From: Camelus ferus
Lineage: Eukaryota
Length of the DNA: 64,000 bases
Direction: 5' to 3'
NCBI RefSeq assembly: GCF_009834535.1
Contig: NC_045707.1
Coordinates: 55,678,001 to 55,742,000 of the forward strand
The position numbers and the translations under genes are program-made. Of this stretch, positions 51,701 to 63,039 are shown piece by piece. Within the stretch, counting starts at the first letter, position 1; each line of letters begins with the position of its first letter. Below the pieces are notes generated by a model. The model saw only the letters and a list, made by a program, of their open reading frames with translations. It was not told the DNA's origin and did not search any database.

Positions 51701-51842
51701 CAGTTTTCCTGGCTCTCTCCCATGTAGGCATGTTATTAAACTTCCTTATTTTCTCCTGTTAATCTGTCTCATGTCAATTTAATTCTTTAATCATCCAGAA
51801 GAACTTAAAAACGTGGAGGAAATTTTCTTCCTTGATGACAGT

Positions 51843-51860
51843 TGGTGTAGTCAGCAGGAT
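51843..51860 (+). promoter_or_regulatory. Retroviral primer-binding site, tRNA-Ser type
   Basis: TGGTGTAGTCAGCAGGAT versus complement of tRNA-Ser 3' end TGGCGTAGTCGGCAGGAT: 16/18, both mismatches are CpG-decay transitions; 2 nt downstream of the LTR CA. Confidence 0.85.
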
Positions 51861-54800
51861 TCAACTTTACTGGCTGAACACCATTCGCCCCAAGGCTGCT
51901 ATAGCTAAGAGATCTTGGGGCAACTGACAAAAGCCACAGAAGGTAAGAATTCTTACTATGTCAGTCAGTATCCTGGATCGCTGCCTGCAGATTCTGTTGG
52001 AAAGGAGGGTGATAAGACTCTTCTTTCCTTTTGCTAAAATTAGATCAGCAGGAAAACATAATTGTGGAGTTAGTTCCTCACTTAGCAACTCTGGCAAATT
52101 TAATATAGTATTTCATGGCTTTATTGATCATTTCCTCCCAGAGATGGTCACTATTTTCCTTATCTCTGCTGTGTTTTTTGTCTGGCTCTATATTCTGAGA
52201 GCTTGACTTCATGACCAGTGAGAATATTCTTTCTGGTCTCTGCCCGGATCTGGAAGGTACATGTACCGCTGTGCATTTGGTGGTCAGTGGAATAGACTGG
52301 GATCTGAGCAGCTGTAACCAGTTGATCAGAAGCAGGCAACAAAGTGACTGGTGTCTGTTAGTCTAGCCATGCCAGCTCTCAGGGGAGATTTTCATAGACG
52401 GTTTCAGTCCATTAAGGACCTTTGTCAACTCAACCTTTGTTTTTTGTTTGTTTGTTTGTTTTACCTTTGGATAGTCTGCTGAAAATCAGGAATTTAACGT
52501 TTTATCAAAATAATTTCCTGGGTTGTTTGCATCAGGTCTTTGATTACTTAACCTAAGCCTATTCAATACTGAGTTAAGGCTTTGTATTAGTATTAAATTT
52601 TCTCTTTTTGCCCTTGAAGTCTATGTTTAAACATATAACTAAGTGTTGTTTTTGCAGTGTCCTATGATCTTATTTGATTAAGTGTTTTAAGACCTTTTTG
52701 ATATTTTTGACAAACTCCCCAAAACTAAATTCTAAATGAAGTCTTACTGACCTGGAAATAAATGAGATTTTCAAGACAGACCCAGAAATATCTCAAAAGA
52801 TTCATTTTCTCTCCTTATGAAAGAGAGATACTAAATTAATTAAGCTTTTTGGTATGCTAAATTACATAGGAAGCATTGTAAAATGAATGCTGATAACCCT
52901 TCTTAGGTTATACTTTATGGCTAAATGTTATAAATATTCTAGAAATTATTTCTAAAATTCAAATAAAGTCCTGGTAAAATGTTATCAGTCATAATTCTAC
53001 TTATGCTAAAATATTATCTGTCACAGAAATAACCAAATTTCCTTGTCCAATTACATTATAACAAATCAGATCTTAACCATCCCATTCTAAGTCTTTTGGC
53101 ATTTATAGACAATTATTGTTTTACTTTGACATTTTCACAAACATGCTTCATCTTCAAGAAGATTTACAGAAGGATTTTTGACAAATATAAGTTTCTGATA
53201 ACTTTCACTTTATATCACTGAACTTGGGGAAAAAATAGAGCACTCTAATGGAAAAACTGATTGCTTCACAAAACTGTTAGTAAGAGATCAAGATCAACAA
53301 GAACTAACTACATGGACTGAATGAACTGATGATATAAAATTTTCATGACTTTTTGTCTGAAATATTACTGCTTTTTAATCTCTGTGTTCCATATATAAAG
53401 AAACCTCTCCCCTTATGCTAACTATAACTTAACAGCAATTTGGTACATTATACTTTTACAAGCAGAATTAAAACATTTATCTTTTCTTCCCTAGCTTATC
53501 CCTCCAGAATTTGGCAACTTTTAGTATTCTTATTTTTGTGATAATATAGTTTTTTTTTTTTAACATAAGTCCACTAAGAATCTGTTCTCCTTATAACAGG
53601 ACACAATTGGAAACATTGGTTATGTTACCAAAGCTTTGACCAGAATGTCATATTTGAGAATGTGCACTCCATCGCATATGACTAGACAGATTTAAGGAAC
53701 TAAGGTTGACTTCCTGAAGCCTGGAAGTTTCTTGGTAAAATAGCCTGGTACATTGCTTACAGGGTGTAAGCAGCCTTACCAGGTGATTAAGGAAGGTCAT
53801 TTCCTGCCAGGTACAGGAACCTCAGGAAATTCGAGGGAAACTCAAGAAAAGAATTCACCCAGATCCATAGGCATTACAGATAAGTCTGCTGTCAAGTGAC
53901 TGACTCAGCTTCTTACCCTTAGGAGGCATTTAAAAGTCCAATCTGGTGATTCCTTATGAGAAGTTCCAGCCAAGCATTTTTTAAGTATCCTATATACTCA
54001 ATCACTATTCTTAGTAACTTATGTAAATAATTGGTCCAAGTTAATTAAAACTATACTTGTTTTACAAACAACTTAGCCTTAATTTGGCTATCTTTGGTTA
54101 AAAATAAGGGCTATTTTAGAGAGAAAAAATGTGTCTCACTAGAAACTATAATACAAAATTATGGATATTAGATTCTAGTTCTGTAAATCACTTCTGAGGT
54201 TTTGTTTTTTCACCCATAACCTGGACTACATCCTGAATTCTCCTAATTTCCTCCAATATTTGGCTACAGCTCTCCAAACTAGTGTTTCCAGTTTTTCTTC
54301 CACATTTTACTTGAGTGAGAGTAAAAGCTGTCCTCTTCCTAAAGCCCTGCAAATGGAAGCCAAATAGTTTGATATAAACTTAAGAGATCACCACAGAAGT
54401 CCATGTTTAGACAATATTTGAGCCTGCTGCTATGTGAGCCCCTCAGAAAGTTTACCCAAACACTTGATGACATCATCAGAAACATTCAAACTACAAACCA
54501 GGAAAACCTATCAGATTGTCCACTGCTTGCCCTACTCCATCTGAAGATGCTTCAACCCTGACATATAGAATCTTCTCAACTGGCAGCTCTCAGGATTCAA
54601 ACACTGGATTTACAATTTGTTCCAATCACTAACATTGTTTTTCTTTCACCTCCATAGAAATACATCTTATTAAAAACCTGATTGCTTGTATATTATAGGC
54701 CTAACTTTGAGAGCTCACCTACATCAACACCTCCTGAAATGAATTTAAGGACTGACCTATTGTCAGGACTAAGTGACTGACTCAATAAAATGCAGCAGTC

Positions 54801-54943
54801 TACCAACTCAGCTTCTGGACTGTGAAATTTCTTGGAGAAGTTTCAGAGATGGGACTGTAAAGGAGCAAAATTCGTCACCCCAAAATTTGTCTTTTGGGCA
54901 TGAAGATTAATTTAGGCTGATTATTTTTAAGAAATAGGTAATT

Positions 54944-57900
54944 GAGGAGAGGTAGAATCAAAATGGCAGAGTAGGGCAGACTTTGAGTTCACGTCCTCAC
55001 AGATACATCAAAACTACAGCTACATATAGAACAACTAAGAACAACATTTAGACAAGCAGGGCAGCTCTCCTACAACTGAGGATGTAAAGAAAAAACACAC
55101 CAAGAGGGGGATACCACAAATTTGAAGAATTCCCCCAAGGAGCAAAGTGTTTGAGATCCACACTGGGCAATCCAGGCTTGGGGGTCAGCACCAGGAAAAT
55201 GAGCACCTAACATCGGAGCACCTAAATATATAAAGCAAATATTAACATAAAGTGAGAAATTGACAGTAATACAATAATAATGGAAGAATTTAATACTCCA
55301 GTTAAATTATCCAGATAGAAAATCAATAAAGAAACATTGTCCTTAAATGAAAGATTATAACAGATGAACTTATTAGATATCTACAGAATAGTCCATCCCA
55401 AAACAGCAGAATACACATTTTTTTCAAGTGCACATTGAACATTTTCCAGGATAGATCACATACTAAGCCACAAAACAAGTCTCAATAAATTTAAGAAGAC
55501 TGAAACTGTATCAAGCATCTTCAGCAATCACAGTGGTATGAAGTTAGAAGTCAATTAAAGGAAGAAAATGGAGAAAAACACAAACACATGGAAACTAAGT
55601 AACATACTACTAAAAATGAATGACTCAAAGAAATCAAAAAGGAAATTAAAAAATACTTTGAGACAAATGAAAACAAAAACACAACCTTCCAAAATCCACG
55701 GGGTGCCGCTAAAACAGTTCTAAGAGGGAAGTTTATGACAATACAGGCCTACTTCAAGAAACATGAAAAATCTCAACTTAACTTTATACCTAAAGGAATT
55801 GTAAAAAGAAGAAAAAACAAAGCACAAAGTTAGTAGAAGGAAGGAAATAATAATATAAGAGTGGAAATAAAATTGAGACCCAAAATAATAGAAAAGATCA
55901 ATAAAACTAAAATCTAGAGTTTTTTTGAAAAGATAAATATTGATAAACCTTTAGTAAGAATCATCAAGAAAAAAAGGACCAAACAGGGAAAAAAATTAGA
56001 AATGAAAGAAGAAATTAGAACCACTATCACAGAAATACAATCATAAGAGCATACTATAAACAAATAAGCCAAGAAATTAGACAACCCAGAGTAAGTCGAT
56101 AAATTCTTAGAAACAAACAACATACCAAGACTGAATCAGAAAAAAAAAAAAAAAAGAACAGAAAATCTGAACAGACTGATTACTGGTAATTAAATTGAAT
56201 CAGTAATCTAAAACCACAACAAAGAAAAGTTCAAGACCAAATGTTTTCACAGTGGAATTCTACCCAATATTTAAAAAAAGAGTTAATAGCCATCCTTCTC
56301 ATTTTGGTTTCCTTTTTTGCTTTTTTTTCTTTCTTTTTTTTTTCTTTCAAATAGAGGTACTGGGAATTAAACAAGTACCTTATGCATGCTCAGCATGCAC
56401 TCTACCAACTGAGCTATACCCCCAACCCCAATAACTATCCTTCTCAAACTATACAAAAAATTAAAGATGAGGAAACAATTTCAAACTTACCCTATAAGGT
56501 CAGCATTGCCCCAATACAAAAACCAGACAAAGACACTAACAACAACAACAAAAAAATTCACAGGTCAATATCCCTGATGAACATAGATGCACAAATTCCT
56601 CAACACAGTATTAGCAAACCAATTTCAACAACACATTAAAGGGATCATACATCGTGATCAAGGAGGTTTCATTCCCAGGATGTGAGGATGGTTCGTACAT
56701 GTCAATCAGTCAACATGATATACCCCATTAACAAAATGAAGAATAAATTCACATGTTCATCACAGTTGATGCAGAAAAAGCTTTTAATAAAATAAAACAT
56801 CCATTCATGATAAAAAAAACTCTTCACAAAGTTGGTATAGAGAAAGTATACTTCCATATAATAAAGGCCATTTATGACAAATCCACAACCTCATATGCAA
56901 TGAAAGCTTTTCCTTCTAAGACCAGGAACAAGACAAGAATGCTCACTCTCACCACTTTTATTCAAAATAGTATGGCAGTTTTAGCCATAGCAATCAGGTA
57001 AGAAGAAATAAAATAAATCCAAACTGGAAAGGGAGAGGTAAAACTGTTAGTTTGCAGATGACATGATACTATCTATAGAAAATCCTAAATATGCCACCAA
57101 AATACTACTAGAGCTCATCAATGAATTTGGTAATGTTGCAAGATACAAAATTAATATACAGAAATCTGTTGCATTTTTATACACTAACAATGAACTATCA
57201 GAAAGAGAACAAAAATAAACAAATGGGACTACACCAACCTGAAGAGATTTTGCACAGCAGGGGAAACTATTAACAAAATGAAAAGGCCATTTACTGAATG
57301 AGAGAAGATATTTGCAAACAATGTATCTGGTAAGGGATTACTATCCAAAATATACAAAGAGCTCATAGAACTCAATATCAGAAAAGCAAACAACCAATAC
57401 GAAATGCACAGAGGATCTAAATAGACATTTTTCCAAAGAAGACATAGAGATGGCAAACAGGCACATGAAAAGATGCTCATCACCACTAATCATCAGGGAA
57501 ATATAAATCAAAAACTCAATGAGTTGTCACCTCACACCTGTCAGAATGGCTACCATCAACAAGATAGGAAATAACAAGTGTTGGCAAGGATGTGGAGAAA
57601 AAGGAACACTCATGTACTGTTGGTGTATTGGTGGAAAGTAAATTGGTACAGACACTATGGAAAACAGTATAAAGATTTCTCAAAAAATTAGAAATAAAAG
57701 TACCAAAAGATTCAGCAATTCCACTTCTGGGTAATTAATGAGAGAAAATGAAAACACCAATTCAAAATGATATATGTACTCGAATATTCATAGCAGCCTT
57801 ATTTACAAAGGCCAAGATATGGAAGCAACCTAAGTGTCCATGGACAGATGACTGGATACAGATGTTACATATATATAGAAATAGATATAGTTATAGATAG

Positions 57901-58225
57901 ATACAGATATAGACACATAACACACACCTACACAGTGGGTAGGTGGAACACCATTCAGCCATAAAAAAGAATGAAATACCACAATTTGTAATAATATGAA
58001 TGAGCCTATAGGGTATTATGCTAAGTCAGAGAGAGAAAGACAAATGTATAGACTTTAAATAAGTCACAGATGTAACGTACATCAAAGAGAATACAGTCAA
58101 TAATATTAAAACTCTGTACGGTGTATAATCAATAAAATTATCAAATCACTATGTTGTACACCTGAAACTAGTATTATTGTAAGTCAACTATACTTCAACT
58201 TTAAAAATTTATACAATAAATAAAT
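54944..58225 (+). mobile_element. L1 retaining 5' UTR start and 3' tail but internally deleted (no ORF1, partial ORF2)
   Basis: 5' GAGGAGAGG..CAAAATGGCAGAGTAG; from 55203 APNIGAPKYIKQILT and TFSRIDHIL (endonuclease); ORFs with SISLMNIDA and [18 protein letters not shown] at 57051-57062; [11 protein letters not shown]ys motif ~57579; A-rich tail ~58200-58225. Confidence 0.9.
56302..56429 (-). mobile_element. tRNA-derived SINE (camelid-type) inserted in L1 ORF2
   Basis: T-rich tail plus head GGGGTTGGGGGTATAGCTCAGTTGGTAGAGTGCATGC on minus strand; 17-bp TSD AATAGCCATCCTTCTCA (56285-56301) / AATAACTATCCTTCTCA (56430-56446). Confidence 0.9.
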
Positions 58226-58807
58226 AAAAGATGAATCAGGAAGTTTTTGTTACATCCTTCTTAATTGCCTCAAAGAATTTAGATAAGGGCCTGTTCTGGA
58301 AGAGAGCTATTGCCAGAAATATCTGGAAAGAATATGGGCTAGGTGTGGTGGGACAACTCAGCAGGGCCTAGAATCCAAGTCCACCTGTGTCCCATTGTCT
58401 CTGCAGGGCCCAGCAAACAACTGTTTACCAAAAATTTGCTTTTCTATCTCAGTGTGAGGTACCTTTATCCCCTTTGAAGTCCCAAACCACTGCCCCCAAT
58501 ATCCTCTTTAGTCTTTAGCTGAAGATGGTATTTAAGGTGAGGATTTTGGTCATTTTTAGGGGTTACTCAGTTTTCTTGGGTTTCTCCCATGCATACATAT
58601 TGTTAGATTTTTTTTTCTCCTATTAATATGTCTCATGTAAATTTAATTCTAAAACCAGACAGAAGAACTTAAAAAGAAAAAAAAAAAAAACGCCTTCCTC
58701 ACCAACACTTAGACATTTATACACAGTAGAAGTTTAATAAGTGCTCAATAGTCTCTCTGATGGAAACTACTGATTTCCCCTGGTATCAGCTCTCTTTAAG
58801 TATCTTA

Positions 58808-59005
58808 GGTTATGGTTCTCAATATTTGGTGTGCAAATTAATCACCCGGTCTTATTTTAAATAGGTATCTTTGCCCAAATCCTGGAGATTTTATTTCAGA
58901 AAGTATGTGTAGGAAAAAAAAGCACATATGTAGAAGTCCTGAATGGGCATGGGGCCAGATGAGTTGAACAGAGGTGGCTCAGAAACTGGGTTCGAGGAAC
59001 ACTCC
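58808..59005. mobile_element. hAT MITE (MER5-like)
   Basis: GGTTCTCAA..TTGGTGTGCA..AATCACC..GAGATTTTATTTCAG..TTCGAGGAACACT. Confidence 0.5.
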
Positions 59006-59037
59006 TTATTGGCTTATAGCTCACTATGAGACACAAG

Positions 59038-59423
59038 GTGTCACGAAAGGAACCGTTTCCCTCCCCTCCAATTTCATATATTGGAGTCCGAGCTCTCAGT
59101 ATGGCTGTAGTTGGAAACGGAGTATCTAAGAAAGCAATTTAAGTTTAAGTGAGGGTCTTGCTCTGACAAGATTAATGTCTTTATAAGAAGAGCCACAGGA
59201 AAGGACCTCTCTCTCCATGCACACACCTAGGAAAGGCTATTTTGGGATATAGCAAGAAGGAGGCTGTCTGTAAGCCAGGAAGGAAGTCCTCAGCAAAAAA
59301 CAGAATCAGGTGGAACCTTGATCTTGGACTTCCACCCTCCAGAACTGCGAGAAAATACCTTTTTTTTTTTTAAGCCGTCCAGTTTGCGGTGTTTCGTTGT
59401 GGCCATCTGAGCAGACTAGTGCA
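59038..59423 (+). mobile_element. MaLR solo LTR (MLT1A-like)
   Basis: GTCTTTATAAGAAGAG; GCAAGAAGGAGGCTGTCTGTAAGCCAGGAAG; ACCTTGATCTTGGACTTCCACCCTCCAGAACTGCGAGAAAATA. Confidence 0.85.
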
Positions 59424-59548
59424 CACTGTTCTCGTCAGACGATTATCCTGGACCTCTGAGAACCTCTCCAGCCTCCTTCTCTTAGCTCCTGTAGGCAAAT
59501 AATCCCCCTCAGACAAGCCTTACTATTCTTCAGTGAACTCATTTATCT

Positions 59549-59687
59549 ACCTATGGTATGTAATACATAGAATACAGTTTTATTTTATTTCACCTATGGT
59601 ATGTAATACATAGAATACAGTTTTTAATACTTCATTTTATTTCACCTACTGGTATGTAATACATAGAATACAGTTTTTAATACTTCA
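59549..59687. repeat. Tandem repeat, 3 copies of a ~43-52 bp unit
   Basis: ACCTA(C)TGGTATGTAATACATAGAATACAGTTTT.. starts at 59549, 59592 and 59644. Confidence 0.95.
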
Positions 59688-60446
59688 ACTCTGAATAATC
59701 AAAAGACACAAAGCTACAGAAATACACAGAAAATCAAGTGGCCGAATCATTCACTCTCATTGTAGTCTACCTTTTTCTAAGACTTTCCAATTTGATTCAA
59801 TTGGTACTGAATTTTTATCATATATTAAGCAGAGCTTCTTAACCTGGGATCAATGCACAAATTTCAAGGACAGTCAAATATTGTTTGTAAAACATTGGGT
59901 ATATAGACATTTCTCTGGTGAAAGAATCTCTAGGGCGTCCTCTGACAAGACTTCCCTTAAGACATAAAAATCTACCTACTTGAACTATAGGATGTGTTTC
60001 TCCGGATGTTAGAAGCATGAAGAGCAGTTCCCCTTGCCAACTTAACCTAGTAAAATACTCTTCCTACAAAATAAAAAAAGTTACCCATATGTTTGGAAGC
60101 TTAGGGCTTAACAAAGAGGGAAAAAAAAATAAGAAGAGTTTAATAGACTACTTCAAGTCCTGCTGCCTCCTCAGGTCTTTCCTGACCTCTCCAATTCGAG
60201 CGTTGTCATCCTTTTCTCACGTTCTCCATCATCCTCTGTCTGTGCTGCCCAGGTGACGCTTATGCTCTGTAACCAGCTACTGCCGACTTATCTTGCCTAA
60301 GCAGACATTCCCTCACCTTTGTAATACACTACGACATATAGGATGCAGGTTGGAAATCTCGCTAGAACTGTAAACAAAGTAAAAACAATCTTTGAGAGAA
60401 AACCTGCACAATGGCCACAGAAGAGGATTTCCTTTTTAACATAAAC

Positions 60447-60850
60447 ACTAAAAAGAAGCAACAAGCCCAACTTGGAGTCACTTCTGCTAAAACTCACCTA
60501 GACATAACATCTAACCTAAGTGCAGTTTCAGCCTCTCCCAGGAGTGGAATTTTAAATCAATCAGCCTGGAATTTCCGAGTCAGAGCTAGTGAGGTAATCT
60601 GGATGATAAGACTCCCCGTGCTTCCCCCTGAGGAAAGGTGACCCAGCCTGAAGCAATTCTTTTTTTCATTTTTGTTTTTGTTTGCTAATAACTTCCTTGT
60701 CCTGCCCCATTTCCAGGAGAGCCTTCCATTTTGTAACAGCTCCTCAGAGCACCTGTCTGTTTACTAGGTGGGTTGCTGCAGGATTCATGAATCACTGAAT
60801 AAAGCCAATCACATCTTCAAATTTACTCTGTTGAATTTTGTTTTTTAACT
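60447..60850 (+). mobile_element. ERV1-type solo LTR, family C
   Basis: CAAGCCCAACTTGGAGTCACTT.., AATCAGCCTGG, GATTCATGAATCACTGAATAAAGCCAAT..TTTTGTTTTTTAAC end; 5' boundary uncertain. Confidence 0.6.
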
Positions 60851-61405
60851 AATACATGTTCTCTTTTAATTAGACTTAAAGGTACTATTTATAAACTGCA
60901 GTGTCTTATCCACACAACAATCTGTACTGTCACAGAGAGAGAGGAGTGAAACAAGGAATATTATCTGTCAAATTTAAAGACAGGAAGAAGTTTTCAGAAC
61001 GATAATATTTAATAAGCAATATTTACCTTCTATAACCGAGCTGGCAATGTATTGGTGTACATGTCATGAATCTGACAATTTGAGGCTACAATAAGGTAAG
61101 CTCTAATCAATTAAATTCATAAAATCAACTGTTCTTAGTAATTGGAAGAAAAGTAAAACATTTAAAGGAAGCAGTATAGAAAAACAATTTTTTAACAGGG
61201 AATATCAGCCTGTTCATTTGAAAAGCTGAAAGATAATTTGAGAAAAACAGTTTGAAAAAGAAATTTTAAGTCTGCTTTACATAGTACTGATTACAGTGTT
61301 TAGCAAACATTTAGGGTGGAGTTCCCAAAGTCAGTTTCTAAGAACGAAAAAGAAAATTGGGCCTAAAGCAATTTTTTCACATTGAGATTCTTTTAGAAAT
61401 ATTAT

Positions 61406-61990
61406 TGCTGCAGAGTAGGTACTTGTCCTGTTGCAGAAAGAATTCAGAGACAAGACATGGGGGTCAAGAAAGTAAAGTGAGGATTTATTAAGTGGTAGGA
61501 CGCTCTTAAGGGAAAACTCAGGTGAGAAGCTGCCCTGAGTTTCTTTGGCAAGCTGGTTACATAGGATGCAAAATGAATGTGCAGAATATTCAACGGAGGG
61601 GAAGGGTCTGGGGTCATATTCCCAGATTTCTATTCCAGATCCACCCTCCCAAGGGGAGGGGGAATTTCTGTCCTTGTTTAGTCTTGATCAGAAGTACGAC
61701 GGCATCCGTGCGTGATGGGTACCTCTTATCTGCAAGGCTTATTTTATTGTAATGAGGGCATAATGAGCAAAAGGTTAATTTGGATGCCAGAGATTCCCAC
61801 CTTTTCTCACATTTCTTTGCCTCCAGGACATTTGTCACCCCAAAATGTGTGATTTCTTATCAGTCTGGAGGCTCCTGCTTTCCGCTATCTTCCCCTAGGA
61901 CCCCCGTTGTTCACAAGACGTACGATTTCCTGATAATTTGGCTCGTGTCCCCCTTTCTCTGCTCATATCAGCTATCTGTCTGTTCTAACA
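61406..61990 (-). mobile_element. ERV1-type solo LTR, family D, perfect 4-bp TSD
   Basis: TG..CA termini flanked by TTAT (61402-61405, 61991-61994); TTTATT (minus-strand AATAAA) near the left end; several CpGs retained. Confidence 0.85.
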
Positions 61991-62474
61991 TTATAACAAA
62001 AAACAGAAGAGACTTTATCAAGACACTGAATTAATTAAAGCTAATTCCAATCCAAAATCCTAAATCAAGTTCATCTGATTTTGCCTCTTAAGGTTTGCAA
62101 AAATTTTCAAAAGTAATTTTAAACCATCTTTTGCAACAGAAATTTGTTTAACACTATATGGGAATATATAGCCCTGATTAATAACCACTGAATGTAAATA
62201 AAATCAACCATGCCACAGTAATCATTTTCTGAAGAAAATAAATTTTTACAAGTAATTAAACATTACATTTAAATTAGTTCATTATCTATAACTATGACAA
62301 CAAAGTCATCTGGACTGAACCATTCATCTTAATTCTTAAGTCTTCAGTCTGTTTTTACTAAAGGGAGCTTTACTTAAATTTTTATTAAAAAGCAACTACT
62401 AATACTCTAAGTTCACTATTTGATGTCATTTATATTACTTAGATTTAATTGGAATGTGAGTGATTATGAATTTA

Positions 62475-62695
62475 CAGCTGACCCTTGAACAATGTCGGGG
62501 TTACGGATGCTGACCCTCTGAACAATCTCAAATCTCATGTAATTTATGGTCAGCCCTTGGTATCCACAATTTCTAAGTATCTTTGATTCAACCAGCCTTG
62601 GGTCAGGCAGTACCACAGTATTTATTATGGGGGAAAAAAATCAGCATATACGTGGACCCATGCAGTTCAAACTCATGCTGTTCAAGGGTCAACTG
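62475..62695. mobile_element. Tigger-family MITE (MER8-like)
   Basis: TIRs CAGCTGACCCTTGAACA / TGTTCAAGGGTCAACTG; TA on the left, CA (decayed TA) on the right. Confidence 0.9.
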
Positions 62696-63039
62696 CATCC
62701 TGTGTTATCAAATCAGTTTTTATTCCCTACAGATTAAATGTCCCTGAAGGACATCTTGAAAGAAAAAAATGAGAAAGATGACATAGGACTGATGTAAATG
62801 AAAGTTAGATAACACCAGCCTCTTGGAAACAATTCAGATAACTTGGTCTGGGAATCACTTGGATTCTCACATAAAATATAAAATTAAGAGAGACATATAT
62901 GACTAGGAAGCAGCTGTCTGGCAGCCCTAACATTTCAGATGCTTTCAAGATAAGGAAACCACCCAGTTTCTCATTTTATGTAAGAAATCACAGTGTAGGG
63001 CTATCAGTTGGGGCCAGGGTAATCTCTCAAAAAAAAATG

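Larger units (their letters stand above)
51266..58707 (+). mobile_element. Non-coding ERV1 provirus (MER34/MER4-group-like): 5' LTR 51266-51840, internal 51841-54855, 3' LTR 54856-58707 split by L1
   Basis: Two direct-repeat LTRs; PBS immediately after 5' LTR; purine tract AGAGATGGGAC before 3' LTR TGTAA; 4-bp TSD CTTG/CTTA; AT-rich internal region without long ORFs. Confidence 0.85.

Noticed and set aside
59549..59687. CRISPR-like array
   Set aside because: Head-to-tail tandem units with no unique spacers, mammalian context, no cas genes.
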